Below, one piece after another: positions 21,043 through 30,503 of a stretch of 64,000 nt of DNA (position 1 is its first letter; every line of letters starts with the position of its first letter). The stretch covers positions 1,568,001-1,632,000 of the forward strand of contig CAWFFN010000009.1 of NCBI GenBank assembly GCA_963815115.1, written 5' to 3'. Origin of the DNA: an uncultured delta proteobacterium (GTDB lineage: Bacteria > Desulfobacterota > Binatia > DP-6). The notes beneath the pieces are model-generated. The model worked only from the letters and a program-made list of their open reading frames with translations. It was not told the origin of the DNA and did no database searches. The translations under genes and the position numbers were made by a program.

Positions 21043-21112
21043 GACCGACGTGTAGTGCGGCCGTAGCGGCGCCGTCAAAGTCCGGTAGCGCGGCGCGTTC
21101 GGCTCCCCTCGC

Positions 21113-21174
21113 TTGACAAGGCACGGATCGGCCTTTAGACCGCTGACCGATCGGTTTAGCCCGATCGGTCAGCG
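21113..21174 (+). promoter_or_regulatory. Sigma70-type promoter plus palindromic operator upstream of the mevalonate/hopanoid operon
   Basis: TTGACA (21113-21118), 17 nt, TAGACC (21136-21141), then a perfect 14-bp inverted repeat CGCTGACCGATCGG-TTTAGC-CCGATCGGTCAGCG (21141-21174). Confidence 0.7.
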
Positions 21175-21206
21175 CTGGTGGGGCGGAGGGGTACGGGCTG
21201 AAATTC

Positions 21207-22499
21207 GTGGAGGACCAGATGGCTGGGGTTGAACTGGCAAGGCGTCGTGGTGGTCCTGACCGTGAGGTCAGCAGGCCGGAGCCCGTGATGCAGAGAGACG
21301 ATCCGGGCAGCGCTGCAGGCTCCCGGATCTCCGGTTTCGGTCAGCTGGCTCGCGCGGATCGGCTGGCGCGGCTCACGGAGCAGGCGGCACTGGGGGCCGG
21401 CGAGGCGCGGGACCTGGCCGCCGGCGAGCCCCTCTCCTTCGAGGCCGCCGATCACGTCATCGAGAACGCGATCGGGGTGCTCGGCCTGCCGCTCGGGGTT
21501 GCGCTCAACTTCCGCATCAACGGCCGCGATCGCCTGGTGCCGATGGCGATCGAGGAGCCGTCCGTGGTGGCGGCGGCCAGCAGCGCGGCGCGCCTGGTGC
21601 GATCGGCCGGAGGATTCCTCGCCGACGCCGACCAGGCGATCATGATCGGCCAGATCCACGTCCTGCGCGTGCCCGACGTCGCCGGCGCCAGGGCACGCCT
21701 CGAGGCGGCCGCGCCGCGGCTCCTGGCTGCGGCGGACGCCGTTCATCCCGGGATGGCGCGTCGGGGGGCCGGCGCGCGCGCGATCGAGGTACGCGAGCTG
21801 GCCACCACGCCATGCGGCCCGGTCCTGGTCCTGCATCTCGCGGTCGACGTGGGCGACGCCATGGGCGCCAACGTCGTGAACACGATGGTCGAGGCGCTGG
21901 CTCCCGAGGTCGCATCGCTGACCGGCGGCGAGGTCCGGCTCTGCATCCTCTCGAATCTCGCCGATCGGCGGCTCGCGCGCGCGACGGCGCGGATCCCGTG
22001 GAGCCTGCTCGACAGGGCGACCTACGGTGGACGGCAGGTGGCGGAGCGGATCGTCGAGGCGTGGGCGCTCGCGGCGGCGGATCCGTATCGCGCGGCGACG
22101 CACAACAAGGGGGTCATGAACGGGATCGACGCCGTCGCGCTGGCCACCGGCAACGACTGGCGCGGCATCGAAGCCGGTGCGCATGCCTGGGCCGCGTGCC
22201 GTGGCGGCTACGGGCCGCTCACGATCTGGTCGCTCGACGGCGAGACCCTCTGCGGCGCCATCGAGCTGCCGCTCGCGGTCGCCATCGTGGGCGGGCACCT
22301 CGACCTGAACCCGCGCGCCCGGCTGTCGCTCAAGCTCATGGGCGCCGAGTCGGCGCGTGACCTCGCGGCCGTGATGGCCGCGGTGGGCCTCGCCCAGAAC
22401 TTCGCCGCGCTGCGAGCCCTCGTCACCGACGGCATCCAGCGCGGCCACATGGCGCTGCACGCGCGCGGGCTTGCCCTGCGCCAGCGAAAGGGCGCTTGA
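21207..22499 (+). CDS. mvaA: HMG-CoA reductase, class II
   Basis: ENAIG, PMAIEEPSVVAA, DAMGAN, ILSNL, ATHNKGVMNG, GIQRGHMALHAR. Start uncertain (21207, 21219 or 21287). Confidence 0.92.
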   Translation: MEDQMAGVELARRRGGPDREVSRPEPVMQRDDPGSAAGSRISGFGQLARADRLARLTEQAALGAGEARDLAAGEPLSFEAADHVIENAIGVLGLPLGVALNFRINGRDRLVPMAIEEPSVVAAASSAARLVRSAGGFLADADQAIMIGQIHVLRVPDVAGARARLEAAAPRLLAAADAVHPGMARRGAGARAIEVRELATTPCGPVLVLHLAVDVGDAMGANVVNTMVEALAPEVASLTGGEVRLCILSNLADRRLARATARIPWSLLDRATYGGRQVAERIVEAWALAAADPYRAATHNKGVMNGIDAVALATGNDWRGIEAGAHAWAACRGGYGPLTIWSLDGETLCGAIELPLAVAIVGGHLDLNPRARLSLKLMGAESARDLAAVMAAVGLAQNFAALRALVTDGIQRGHMALHARGLALRQRKGA

Positions 22500-24427
22500 T
22501 GCTGCAGGCCACTCCGGCAGCCGCTCCGTCCCTCGCGCGACGGCTCGACGACGCCATCGCCCGGGCCCAGACGCGACTGCTCGGGATGCAGCATCCGGAC
22601 GGCTACTGGCATGCGCCCCTCGAGGCGAACGTGGGGATGGACGCGCAGTACGTGATCTTCAACCGCTTCGTCGGCCGGCGGCGCCAGGAAACCGAGCAGC
22701 GGCTGGTGGCGCGCATGCAGGCGCTCCAGTCGGCGGACGGGAGCTGGCCGCTGTTCGCGGGCGGTCCCGGCCATCTCAGCACCACGATCGAGGCCTACTT
22801 CGCGATGAAGCTCGCCGGGCTGACGGCCGAGCATCCCGTGCTGCGCCGGGCGCGCGAGTTCATCCGCGCTCACGGCGGTCTCGAGCGCGCCGGCGTCTTC
22901 ACGCGATGCTTCCTGGCGTACTTCGGCCAGTTCCCCTGGTGGGGCCTGCCCGCGATGCCGGTCGAGCTGGTGCTTCTCCCGCCCTGGTTCCCGCTCAACA
23001 TCTACGCCATGTCGAGCTGGGCCCGGGAGACCGTGGTGCCGCTCACCGTGCTGATGGCGAAGCGGCCCCGGGTTGCCATCCCTCCCGAGTGTGGCGTCGA
23101 GGAGCTGTGGCTCGCGCCGCCGACGAGGCAGAGCGTGGGCTTTCCGCCCAGCCGCGAATGGCTCTCGATCCGCAACGGCTTCCTGGCGCTCGACTGGGTC
23201 CTGCAGCGGATCGGCCGCAGCCCGTGGAAGCCTTGGCGAGCGCGCGCGCTCGAGAGGGCGCAGGCGTGGATCCTCGAACGCCAGGACCGCAACGGCGGCT
23301 GGGGCGGCATCCAGCCTCCCATGCTCAACTGCGTGATGGCGCTGCACGCGCTCGGGTTCGCCGCCGATCATCCGGCGGTGGTGAACGGCATCCAGGCGAT
23401 CGAGGACTTCCTCGTCGAGCACGACGGCCAGCTCTTCTTCCAGCCGTGCGTGTCGCCGACCTGGGACACGGCGCTCGCCCTGAAGGCGCTCCTCGATTCG
23501 GGATTGCCCGCGCAGCACGAGGCCGCGGTGGGCGCGGCGGAGTGGCTCATCGAGAACCAGGTGTTCCGCCCGGGCGACTGGAGCGTGCTCAACCCGGACC
23601 TCGAGCCGGGCGGCTGGGCGTTCGAGTTCGCCAACGACTGGTATCCCGACACCGACGACACGGCGGTGATCTTGATGGTGCTGCGGCGGATCGCCGTCCA
23701 GGACGCGGCGGCGCGGCAGCGCGCGATCGCGTTCGGCACCAACTGGGTTCTCGGCATGCAGAGCAGGAACGGCGGCTGGGGCGCCTTCGACACCAACAAC
23801 ACCGCGGCGTTCCTGAACGAGATCCCGTTCGCCGACATGCGGGCGATGATCGACCCGCCGACCGAGGACCTGACCGGCCGCCTGCTCGAGCTCATGGGCG
23901 AGAGCGGCTTCGATCTCACCTACACCCGCGCCCGGCGCGCGCGTGCCTTCCTCGTCGCGACGCAGCGCGCGGACGGCGCCTGGTGGGGACGGTGGGGCGG
24001 CAACTTCGTGTACGGCACGTGGTCGGCGCTCGCGGGCCTGCGCGCCATCGGCGAGGACATCGATGCGCCGTACGTGCGTCGCGCGGCCTCCTGGCTGGAG
24101 TCGCACCAGAACTCCGACGGCGGCTGGGGCGAGACGCTCGCGTCCTACGACGACGAGTCGCTCGCCGGCCGCGGCGAGTCGACGCCCTCGCAGACGGCGT
24201 GGGCGCTTCTCGGGCTCCTCGCCGCGACGCGGGACGTCGGGGAGGCGGTCGGGCGCGGCGTCGAGCACCTGCTCGCCACGCAGCGCGCGGATGGCGGCTG
24301 GGACGAGGATCCGTTCACCGGCACCGGATTCCCGGGGCACTTCTATCTGCGGTACTGGATGTACCGGGACTACTTCCCGCTGATGGCCCTGGGCCAGTGC
24401 CGCGCGCGACTGGAGGAGGGACGATGA
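22499..24427 (+). CDS. shc: Squalene-hopene cyclase
   Basis: DxDD motif (YPDTDDTA), QW repeats (QHPDGYW, QSADGSW, QSRNGGWGAFD, QRADGAW, QNSDGGWGE), FTGTGFPGHFYLRY. Confidence 0.97.
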   Translation: MLQATPAAAPSLARRLDDAIARAQTRLLGMQHPDGYWHAPLEANVGMDAQYVIFNRFVGRRRQETEQRLVARMQALQSADGSWPLFAGGPGHLSTTIEAYFAMKLAGLTAEHPVLRRAREFIRAHGGLERAGVFTRCFLAYFGQFPWWGLPAMPVELVLLPPWFPLNIYAMSSWARETVVPLTVLMAKRPRVAIPPECGVEELWLAPPTRQSVGFPPSREWLSIRNGFLALDWVLQRIGRSPWKPWRARALERAQAWILERQDRNGGWGGIQPPMLNCVMALHALGFAADHPAVVNGIQAIEDFLVEHDGQLFFQPCVSPTWDTALALKALLDSGLPAQHEAAVGAAEWLIENQVFRPGDWSVLNPDLEPGGWAFEFANDWYPDTDDTAVILMVLRRIAVQDAAARQRAIAFGTNWVLGMQSRNGGWGAFDTNNTAAFLNEIPFADMRAMIDPPTEDLTGRLLELMGESGFDLTYTRARRARAFLVATQRADGAWWGRWGGNFVYGTWSALAGLRAIGEDIDAPYVRRAASWLESHQNSDGGWGETLASYDDESLAGRGESTPSQTAWALLGLLAATRDVGEAVGRGVEHLLATQRADGGWDEDPFTGTGFPGHFYLRYWMYRDYFPLMALGQCRARLEEGR

Positions 24428-25650
24428 GCGGCATCGACGTGGGGATCGACCAGATCGGCGTGTACCTGCCCCGGTACGTGCTTCCCCTCGACCGGCTCGC
24501 CGAGGCGCGCAAGGTACCGGTCGAGAAGATCCTCCTCGGCCTCGGCGCCCAGGCGATGGCGGTTGCGCCGCCGTGGGAGGATGCGGTCACCCTCGCGGCC
24601 AACGCCGCTGCGCGGGTGCTGCGCCAGGGCGAGATTCGCACCGACGAGATCGGTCTGCTCGTGGTGGCGACCGAGACCGCCGTCGACCATGCCAAGCCCG
24701 CCAGCATCTTCCTGCACGAGCTGCTCGGGCTGCCGGCGAGCTGCCGGACGTTCGAGATCAAGCATGCCTGCTACGGTGGCACGGCCGGCGTCATGCTCGC
24801 CGCCGACTGGGTGCGTGGGGGCGCCGCGCGCGGACGCAAGGCGCTGGTCGTCGCCACCGACATCGCCCGCTACGACATCGGATCGAGCGCGGAGTTCACG
24901 CAGGGAGCGGGCGCGGCGGCCGTGGTGGTCAGCGCGGCGCCGCGGCTGCTGCGCCTCGGGCCCGTCACCGGTGTCTTCGCGCGCAACGTGTACGACTTCT
25001 GGCGGCCCCTCGAGCGCCGCGAGGCGCTGGTGGACGGGAAGTTCTCTCTCCAGTGCTACCTCGACGCGCTCACCGGCGCCGTGGCCGACTACCGCTCGTC
25101 GCTCAACGGGCAGGGCAGCCGCTCGCTCCTCGAGCGCTTCGCGGCCTTTCTCTATCACACGCCGTTCCCCAAGATGGCTCACAAGGCGCACCGCCGGCTG
25201 GTCGAGCTGGAGGCGCAGGGGCTCGGCGAGACGGCGATGAACGAGCGCTTCGAGCGCAGCTGGACGACGCAGGGCGAGCCCGCGCTCGGCCTGGCCCGCG
25301 AGAGCGGCAACACCTACACCGCCTCGCTCTACCTGGCGCTCGCGTGGCTCCTCGAGCGCGAGGGGGCCACCCTCGAGGACCGGGAGCTGGCGCTGTTCTC
25401 CTACGGCTCGGGGTGCTGCGCCGAGTTCTTCACCGCCCGTCCCGTGCCCGGCAGCGCGGCGCGCGCGGCCCGCATCGGCGCGCAGGCGATGCTGCAGGCA
25501 CGCCGGGAGCTCACCGTGGCAGAGTACGAGGAGTTCGCGCGTGCCGCGGCCGGCGCGGCGCTGCCGCCCGAGGGCGGCGCCGGGTTCTGCCACCTCGCCG
25601 GCATCGAGGAGCACCGGCGGCGCTACCAGCGTGCGGGGCAGGCGCTGTGA
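24424..25650 (+). CDS. mvaS: HMG-CoA synthase
   Basis: RBS GGAGGAG; MSGIDVGIDQIGVYLP, TETAVD, EIKHACYGGT (catalytic Cys), DIARY, EFTQGAGA, DFWRP, YHTPF, GNTYTASL, FSYGSG. Confidence 0.93.
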   Translation: MSGIDVGIDQIGVYLPRYVLPLDRLAEARKVPVEKILLGLGAQAMAVAPPWEDAVTLAANAAARVLRQGEIRTDEIGLLVVATETAVDHAKPASIFLHELLGLPASCRTFEIKHACYGGTAGVMLAADWVRGGAARGRKALVVATDIARYDIGSSAEFTQGAGAAAVVVSAAPRLLRLGPVTGVFARNVYDFWRPLERREALVDGKFSLQCYLDALTGAVADYRSSLNGQGSRSLLERFAAFLYHTPFPKMAHKAHRRLVELEAQGLGETAMNERFERSWTTQGEPALGLARESGNTYTASLYLALAWLLEREGATLEDRELALFSYGSGCCAEFFTARPVPGSAARAARIGAQAMLQARRELTVAEYEEFARAAAGAALPPEGGAGFCHLAGIEEHRRRYQRAGQAL

Positions 25651-26507
25651 CCGAACCCACCATCGGCGAGGCCTACGCCTACTGCCGTGCGGTCACGCGC
25701 CGCAGCGGCAGCAGCTTCGCCCAGGCCTTCCGGCTGCTCGGACCGGAGCGGCGCGGGGCGCTCGATGCCGTGTACGCGTTCTGCCGCTTCGTCGACGACG
25801 TCGCCGACGACGCGACCCGGCGCGATCCCGCGCGCCTGCTGGGGCGCTGGCGGGGCGAGCTCGAGCGCGTCTACACCGGCGCGCCGGAGCATCCCATCGG
25901 CGTGGCGCTGGCCGACGCCGTGCGCCGCTTCGACCTCCCGCGGCGGCACTTCGCCGACCTGATCCGCGGCGTCGAGATGGATCTGGAGCGCCGCCGCTAC
26001 CAGACCTTCGACCAGCTCCACGAGTACTGCTACCTGGTCGCGTCGACGGTCGGACTGCTCTGCATCGAGATCTTCGGCCACCGTCACGCCGCGGCGTTCG
26101 ACTACGCGAAGGACCTGGGCGTCGCCTTCCAGCTCACCAACATCCTGCGCGACGTGCACGAGGACGCCGAGCGCGGCCGGCTCTACCTGCCGCTCGAGGA
26201 CCTCGCCCGCTTCGACTGCGCGGAGGACGAGCTGCTCGCGGGCCGCTACTCGCCGCGCGTCGCCGCGCTCATGGCGTTCGAGTGCGGCCGGGCGCGCGCC
26301 TACTATCTGCGCGCGCGCGGCTCGCTGGTGCCCGAGGATCGCCGTGCGCTGGCACCGGCGGAGGCGATGCGGCTCATCTACGAGCGCCTCCTGTCGCGCA
26401 TCGAGTCGCGGCGCTTCGACGTCTTCCACGAGCGCATCGCGCTGCCGGGGTACGAGAAGGTCGGCCTCGCGCTCGCCGCGTGGGGGCGGGCACAGCTTCC
26501 GGCCTGA
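25647..26507 (+). CDS. hpnD: Presqualene diphosphate synthase (squalene/phytoene synthase family)
   Basis: GTG overlaps the mvaS stop; SGSSF, YAFCRFVDDVADD, YCYLVASTVG, FQLTNILRDVHED. It lacks the HYENF start typical of HpnC. Confidence 0.85.
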   Translation: MTEPTIGEAYAYCRAVTRRSGSSFAQAFRLLGPERRGALDAVYAFCRFVDDVADDATRRDPARLLGRWRGELERVYTGAPEHPIGVALADAVRRFDLPRRHFADLIRGVEMDLERRRYQTFDQLHEYCYLVASTVGLLCIEIFGHRHAAAFDYAKDLGVAFQLTNILRDVHEDAERGRLYLPLEDLARFDCAEDELLAGRYSPRVAALMAFECGRARAYYLRARGSLVPEDRRALAPAEAMRLIYERLLSRIESRRFDVFHERIALPGYEKVGLALAAWGRAQLPA

Positions 26508-26508
26508 C

Positions 26509-27891
26509 ATGGCCGACGTCGTCGTGATCGGTGGCGGGTTCGCCGGGCTGTCCGCGGCGGTGGCGCTGGCGGACCGGGGGGTGCGCGTCACGGTCCTCGA
26601 GGCGCGGCCGCGCCTCGGCGGGCGGGCCTCCTCGTTCCGCGACGCGACCAGCGGGTCGGTGGTCGACAACGGCCAGCACGCGATGATGGGCTGCTACACC
26701 CGCACGCTCGCGTTCCTCGACCGCATCGGAGCGGCGGACAAGGTCCAGCGCCAGGCGAACCTGCACGTCGAGCTCGTCCATCCCCGTCTGGGCGCGGGCG
26801 CGATCGCCTGCCCGGCGTGGCCCAGCCCGCTGCATCTCGTGGGCGGTCTCCTGCGCTACCGCCTGCTGTCGCGTCGCGAGCGCTTCGGGGCGTTGCACGC
26901 AGGGCTCGAGTTGATGGCGATGCGACGGCGGAACGATCCGCGGCTCGCCAGCGCGACCGTCGGCGAGGTCCTCGCCGATCTCGGCCAGTCGGCCCACGCG
27001 TGTACCAGCTTCTGGAACCCGGTGGCGCTGGCGACGCTCAACGAGACGCCCGAGCGGGCGGCCGCCGGGCCGTTCGTCGAGGTCCTCGCGCGGGCCTTCT
27101 TCCGGTCGCGGGCCGACTCGCAGTTCGTGCTGCCGCGGGTGGGCCTGGGCGACCTGTACACGGACGACGCCCGGCGCTTCGTCGAGCGGCGTGGCGGGCG
27201 GGTGTGGATTCACGCGCCGGCGGCGTCGGTCGAGGTCGGCGACGGAGCGGTGCGCGCCGTCGCGCTGCGCGACGGCCGCCGGCTCGCCGCGGACGGGTGC
27301 ATTGCCGCCGTGCCGCCGCCGGCGCTCGAGCCCCTGCTGCCGCCCGCACTCCGGGCCCGGGCGCCGTTCACCACGCTCGGGCGGCTCGAGGCGTCGCCGA
27401 TCGTGAGCACGCACCTGTGGTTCGACCGGCCCGTGCTGCGCGGGGACTTCGTCGGGCTCCTCGGCACGACCACCCACTGGGCCTTCAACCGGAGCCGGCT
27501 GCTCGGCGAGTCGGGTGACGGCCAGTGTGTCAGCGCGGTCATCAGCGCAGGGCGTTCGGTGGTCGGCTGGGACAGCGAGCGCATCACCGGCGCCGTGCTG
27601 GCCGACCTGCACGCGCTGCTGCCGACGGCGCGGGCCGCGGTGCTGCGCCATGCGGTGGTGGTGAAGGAGAAGCAGGCGACCGTGGCGCCCACCCCGGAGG
27701 CCGAGCGCCTCCGGCCACCCGCCGTGACCGACCTCGCCGGCCTGGTGCTCGCCGGCGACTGGACGGCCACCGGGCTGCCCCCGACGATCGAGAGCGCCGT
27801 GGAGAGCGGGGACCGGGCGGCCGCACTGCTGGCCGAACGTCTCGGCGCGACCCCAGACTCCGTCTCGGGTCGGAACGGAAAGGGAGAATGA
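26509..27891 (+). CDS. hpnE: Hydroxysqualene dehydroxylase (FAD-dependent)
   Basis: VIGGGFAGLSAA, LGGRASS, DNGQHAMMGCY, ATLNE, KEKQAT, AGDWTATGLPPTIESAVESG. Confidence 0.9.
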   Translation: MADVVVIGGGFAGLSAAVALADRGVRVTVLEARPRLGGRASSFRDATSGSVVDNGQHAMMGCYTRTLAFLDRIGAADKVQRQANLHVELVHPRLGAGAIACPAWPSPLHLVGGLLRYRLLSRRERFGALHAGLELMAMRRRNDPRLASATVGEVLADLGQSAHACTSFWNPVALATLNETPERAAAGPFVEVLARAFFRSRADSQFVLPRVGLGDLYTDDARRFVERRGGRVWIHAPAASVEVGDGAVRAVALRDGRRLAADGCIAAVPPPALEPLLPPALRARAPFTTLGRLEASPIVSTHLWFDRPVLRGDFVGLLGTTTHWAFNRSRLLGESGDGQCVSAVISAGRSVVGWDSERITGAVLADLHALLPTARAAVLRHAVVVKEKQATVAPTPEAERLRPPAVTDLAGLVLAGDWTATGLPPTIESAVESGDRAAALLAERLGATPDSVSGRNGKGE

Positions 27892-27992
27892 CACTCGATG
27901 AAGAGTGCGGGCGTCGTGCCGCGGCCGGCGAAGCCGGCGCGGCAGCCGTCCCGGACGCCACACGCTCGCTCTTCTAGCGGAGGTCGAAGCGC

Positions 27993-28991
27993 ATGAGGTT
28001 TCCCGTCCACATCGCCACCGACATGATCGCGTGGCAGCTGCGGAACTGGTGGCGCGGCAACGCGCGCTATCCGTCCGTGCTGATGCTCGAGCCGCTCCAC
28101 ACCTGCAACCTCGCCTGCCTCGGCTGCTCGCCGGAGCGCTACAGCGGCGACCTGAAGGATCGCCTCTCGCTCGCCCAGTGCCTGGAGGCGGTGGACGAGG
28201 CGGGCACCCCGGTGGTGTCGATCTGCGGCGGCGAGCCGACCATCTATCCCGAGCTGCCCGAGCTGATCGACGCCATCGTGGCCCGCAAGCGCCACATCTA
28301 CCTGTGCACCAACGGGCTCCTGCTCGAGCGCTTCTACAAGCGTGGCCATCCCCACAAGCGGCTCTCCATCAACGTGCACCTCGACGGCATGCGCGCGACG
28401 CACGACCTGATCACCGACCGGGCCGGCACCTTCGACCGCGCGATCGAGATGATCAAGGAGGGCAAGCGGCGCGGCTACGCCGTGTGCACCAACACGACGA
28501 TCTTCCGTGAGACCTCGATGGACGAGATCGAGGAGATGTGCGAGCTGCTCACCGGGCTCGGCGTCGACGGCATGCTGATCTCGCCCGGCTACCACTACGC
28601 GGCCATCGCGGAGGATCGCTTCCTCCATCGCGACGAGACCCATCGCCAGTTCCAGCGCGTGCTCGCGCTGTCCAAGCGCTATCCCATCTCCTCGACGCCG
28701 CTCTTCCTCCAGTTCGCGGCCGGGCAGCGCGACTACCCGTGCACGCCGTGGGGGACCCCGACCCGCACCCCGAAGGGCTGGAAGGGGCCCTGCTACCTCA
28801 TCGAGGGCAAGTACTACGGGAGCTGGAAGGACTTCTGGGGCGGCGTCGACTGGGACTACTGGGAGTCGCGCCAGGACCCGCGCTGCCAGAACTGCTTCAT
28901 GCACTCCGGCTTCGAGCCGTCGGTCGTCCGCAAGCTCGGCGAGAGCCCGCGCGACGTGTGGACGATGGCGCGCTGGAACCTGGGCGCGTGA
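27993..28991 (+). CDS. hpnH: Adenosylhopane synthase, radical SAM
   Basis: YPSVLMLEPLHTCNLACLGC (CxxxCxxC), YLCTNG, CTPWGTPT, PCYL, DPRCQNCFMHSGFE. Confidence 0.92.
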   Translation: MRFPVHIATDMIAWQLRNWWRGNARYPSVLMLEPLHTCNLACLGCSPERYSGDLKDRLSLAQCLEAVDEAGTPVVSICGGEPTIYPELPELIDAIVARKRHIYLCTNGLLLERFYKRGHPHKRLSINVHLDGMRATHDLITDRAGTFDRAIEMIKEGKRRGYAVCTNTTIFRETSMDEIEEMCELLTGLGVDGMLISPGYHYAAIAEDRFLHRDETHRQFQRVLALSKRYPISSTPLFLQFAAGQRDYPCTPWGTPTRTPKGWKGPCYLIEGKYYGSWKDFWGGVDWDYWESRQDPRCQNCFMHSGFEPSVVRKLGESPRDVWTMARWNLGA

Positions 28992-29066
28992 TCAGGGGCG
29001 GCGCGCGTCCGCGCCGAGCCGGCGTGCGGCCCGACTGCCGGTTGCCGGAGGCGTCGCCTTCGCCCC

Positions 29067-29705
29067 TCAGCTCTTGAATTCCTGACCCGCTGCGGTCTTC
29101 TCCTTCAGCAGCTGCAGGAGCTTCTCCGGTCCCCCGCTGGCGACGATGTCCTGGAACTGGGAGCGGAAGTTGGCCACCATGCTGACCTGCTCGATGATGA
29201 AGTCGATCACCTTCCACTGCCCGTTGGTCTGACGGAGCCGGTAGTCGACTTCGATGTCGTTCGACCCGCCGCCGCGGAGTATCCTGCTCTGCACGGTCCA
29301 GTCGCCGTTCGGCTCCCGACGGTCGCCGACGATCGCGACCTTCTCGTTGCGGTAGTCGTCCAGCCGCCGGCCGTAGGTGGCCGCGAGGTGGTCCTGGAAC
29401 CTCTGCAAGAACTCCTGCTGCTGGGCGGGCGAGAATCGGCTCCAGTTGCGTGCCAGCACGAGACGGCTGAGGGTCTCGAAGTCGACGCTGCGGAGCACGA
29501 TGGCCCGCACCTTGTCCCGCCGCGCCTCCTTGCTGAGGTCCTTCTCGGCGAGCACGGCGAGCACCTGATCGGACGTGCCCTGCACCACCTCGCGCGGGGG
29601 CGGCTCGGCCGCGCCGGGGTGGGCCAGCCCCGCGAGGAGGAGCGCGCAGGCGAGCGCCAACCCCCGGCGGAGCTCACGGTACCGTGTAGAGTTCTTCATT
29701 CTCAT
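29067..29705 (-). CDS. mlaC: MlaC/Ttg2D-family lipid-binding protein
   Basis: Signal peptide; DFETLSRLVLARNW, VDYRL, WKVIDFIIEQVSMVANFRSQF. Confidence 0.88.
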   Translation of the reverse strand: MRMKNSTRYRELRRGLALACALLLAGLAHPGAAEPPPREVVQGTSDQVLAVLAEKDLSKEARRDKVRAIVLRSVDFETLSRLVLARNWSRFSPAQQQEFLQRFQDHLAATYGRRLDDYRNEKVAIVGDRREPNGDWTVQSRILRGGGSNDIEVDYRLRQTNGQWKVIDFIIEQVSMVANFRSQFQDIVASGGPEKLLQLLKEKTAAGQEFKS

Positions 29706-30489
29706 AGCTCGGGGTCTCCTCGGGAGTGAGCCGCTCCGTCCGGTCGTGCACCAGGGCGTCGCGTCGCTGCAGGTATGCGTTGCGCACGAACGTGTAGTAG
29801 TCGAGCGAGGCGGCCTTGGCCTCTTCCACGGCTTTCAGGAACTGCGCCCGGGCGTTGATCACGTCGACGACGCGGGCGCCGACCAGGATCCAGCCGTCGA
29901 TGAAGAACGGCGTGATCGCGGCCGCCGAGTCGACGGCGAGCGCAGGCGCGTCGCGCGCGCTCGAGGGCCCCAGCACCGGGAGCACGAGATACGGCCCCGG
30001 GGGCACGCCCCAGACGCCGAGCGTCTGGCCGAAGTCCTCCTCCTCGGGCTTGAGCCCGATCTCGCTTGCCGGGTCGAGGAAGCCGCCGGCGCCGAGCACC
30101 GTGTTGACGGTGAAGCGACCGACGGCCTTGGCGGCCGGGATGCCCTTTCCCTGCAGCAGGTTGTTCACCAGGTCGACGGGGAAGCGCAGGTTGCCGAAGA
30201 AGTTCGACAGGCTGTCCTGCACCGGCTGCGGCGCCACCGTGTGCCATCCGGTGGCGACGGGTGCGAGCACGTGGGTGTCGAGCCCGTCGTTGAACCAGAA
30301 AATCTTGCGATTGAACCCCATCCACGGGTCGTACTCCTGCGATCCCTGATTCACCGTCGACGGCTCCGCACCGCGCGCGGGAAGTGGAGACGTGGGCCGC
30401 GCAGGGGCCGCGGGCTCCTCGGCGCCGGCGAAGCGCGCGCTCAGAGCGGCCGCGATCAGCAGGGTTGCAAGCAACCGATGTCGACGCAT
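29674..30489 (-). CDS. mlaA: MlaA/VacJ-family protein
   Basis: Own start MRRHRLL with GGAGG RBS; DPWMGFNRKIFWFN, NNLLQGK, EDFGQTLGVWG, GPYLVLPVLGPS, DYYTFVRNAYLQRR. Confidence 0.9.
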   Translation of the reverse strand: MRRHRLLATLLIAAALSARFAGAEEPAAPARPTSPLPARGAEPSTVNQGSQEYDPWMGFNRKIFWFNDGLDTHVLAPVATGWHTVAPQPVQDSLSNFFGNLRFPVDLVNNLLQGKGIPAAKAVGRFTVNTVLGAGGFLDPASEIGLKPEEEDFGQTLGVWGVPPGPYLVLPVLGPSSARDAPALAVDSAAAITPFFIDGWILVGARVVDVINARAQFLKAVEEAKAASLDYYTFVRNAYLQRRDALVHDRTERLTPEETPSYENEELYTVP

Positions 30490-30503
30490 CGAACCTCCCA
30501 TCC

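Noticed and set aside
22471-24423. 1059-aa ORF suggesting an extended HMG-CoA synthase
   Set aside because: Alternate-frame read-through over shc; mvaS has its own RBS and ATG at 24424.
25647-27891. Carotenoid synthesis (crtB/crtI)
   Set aside because: Motifs and position next to shc and hpnH fit HpnD/HpnE better.
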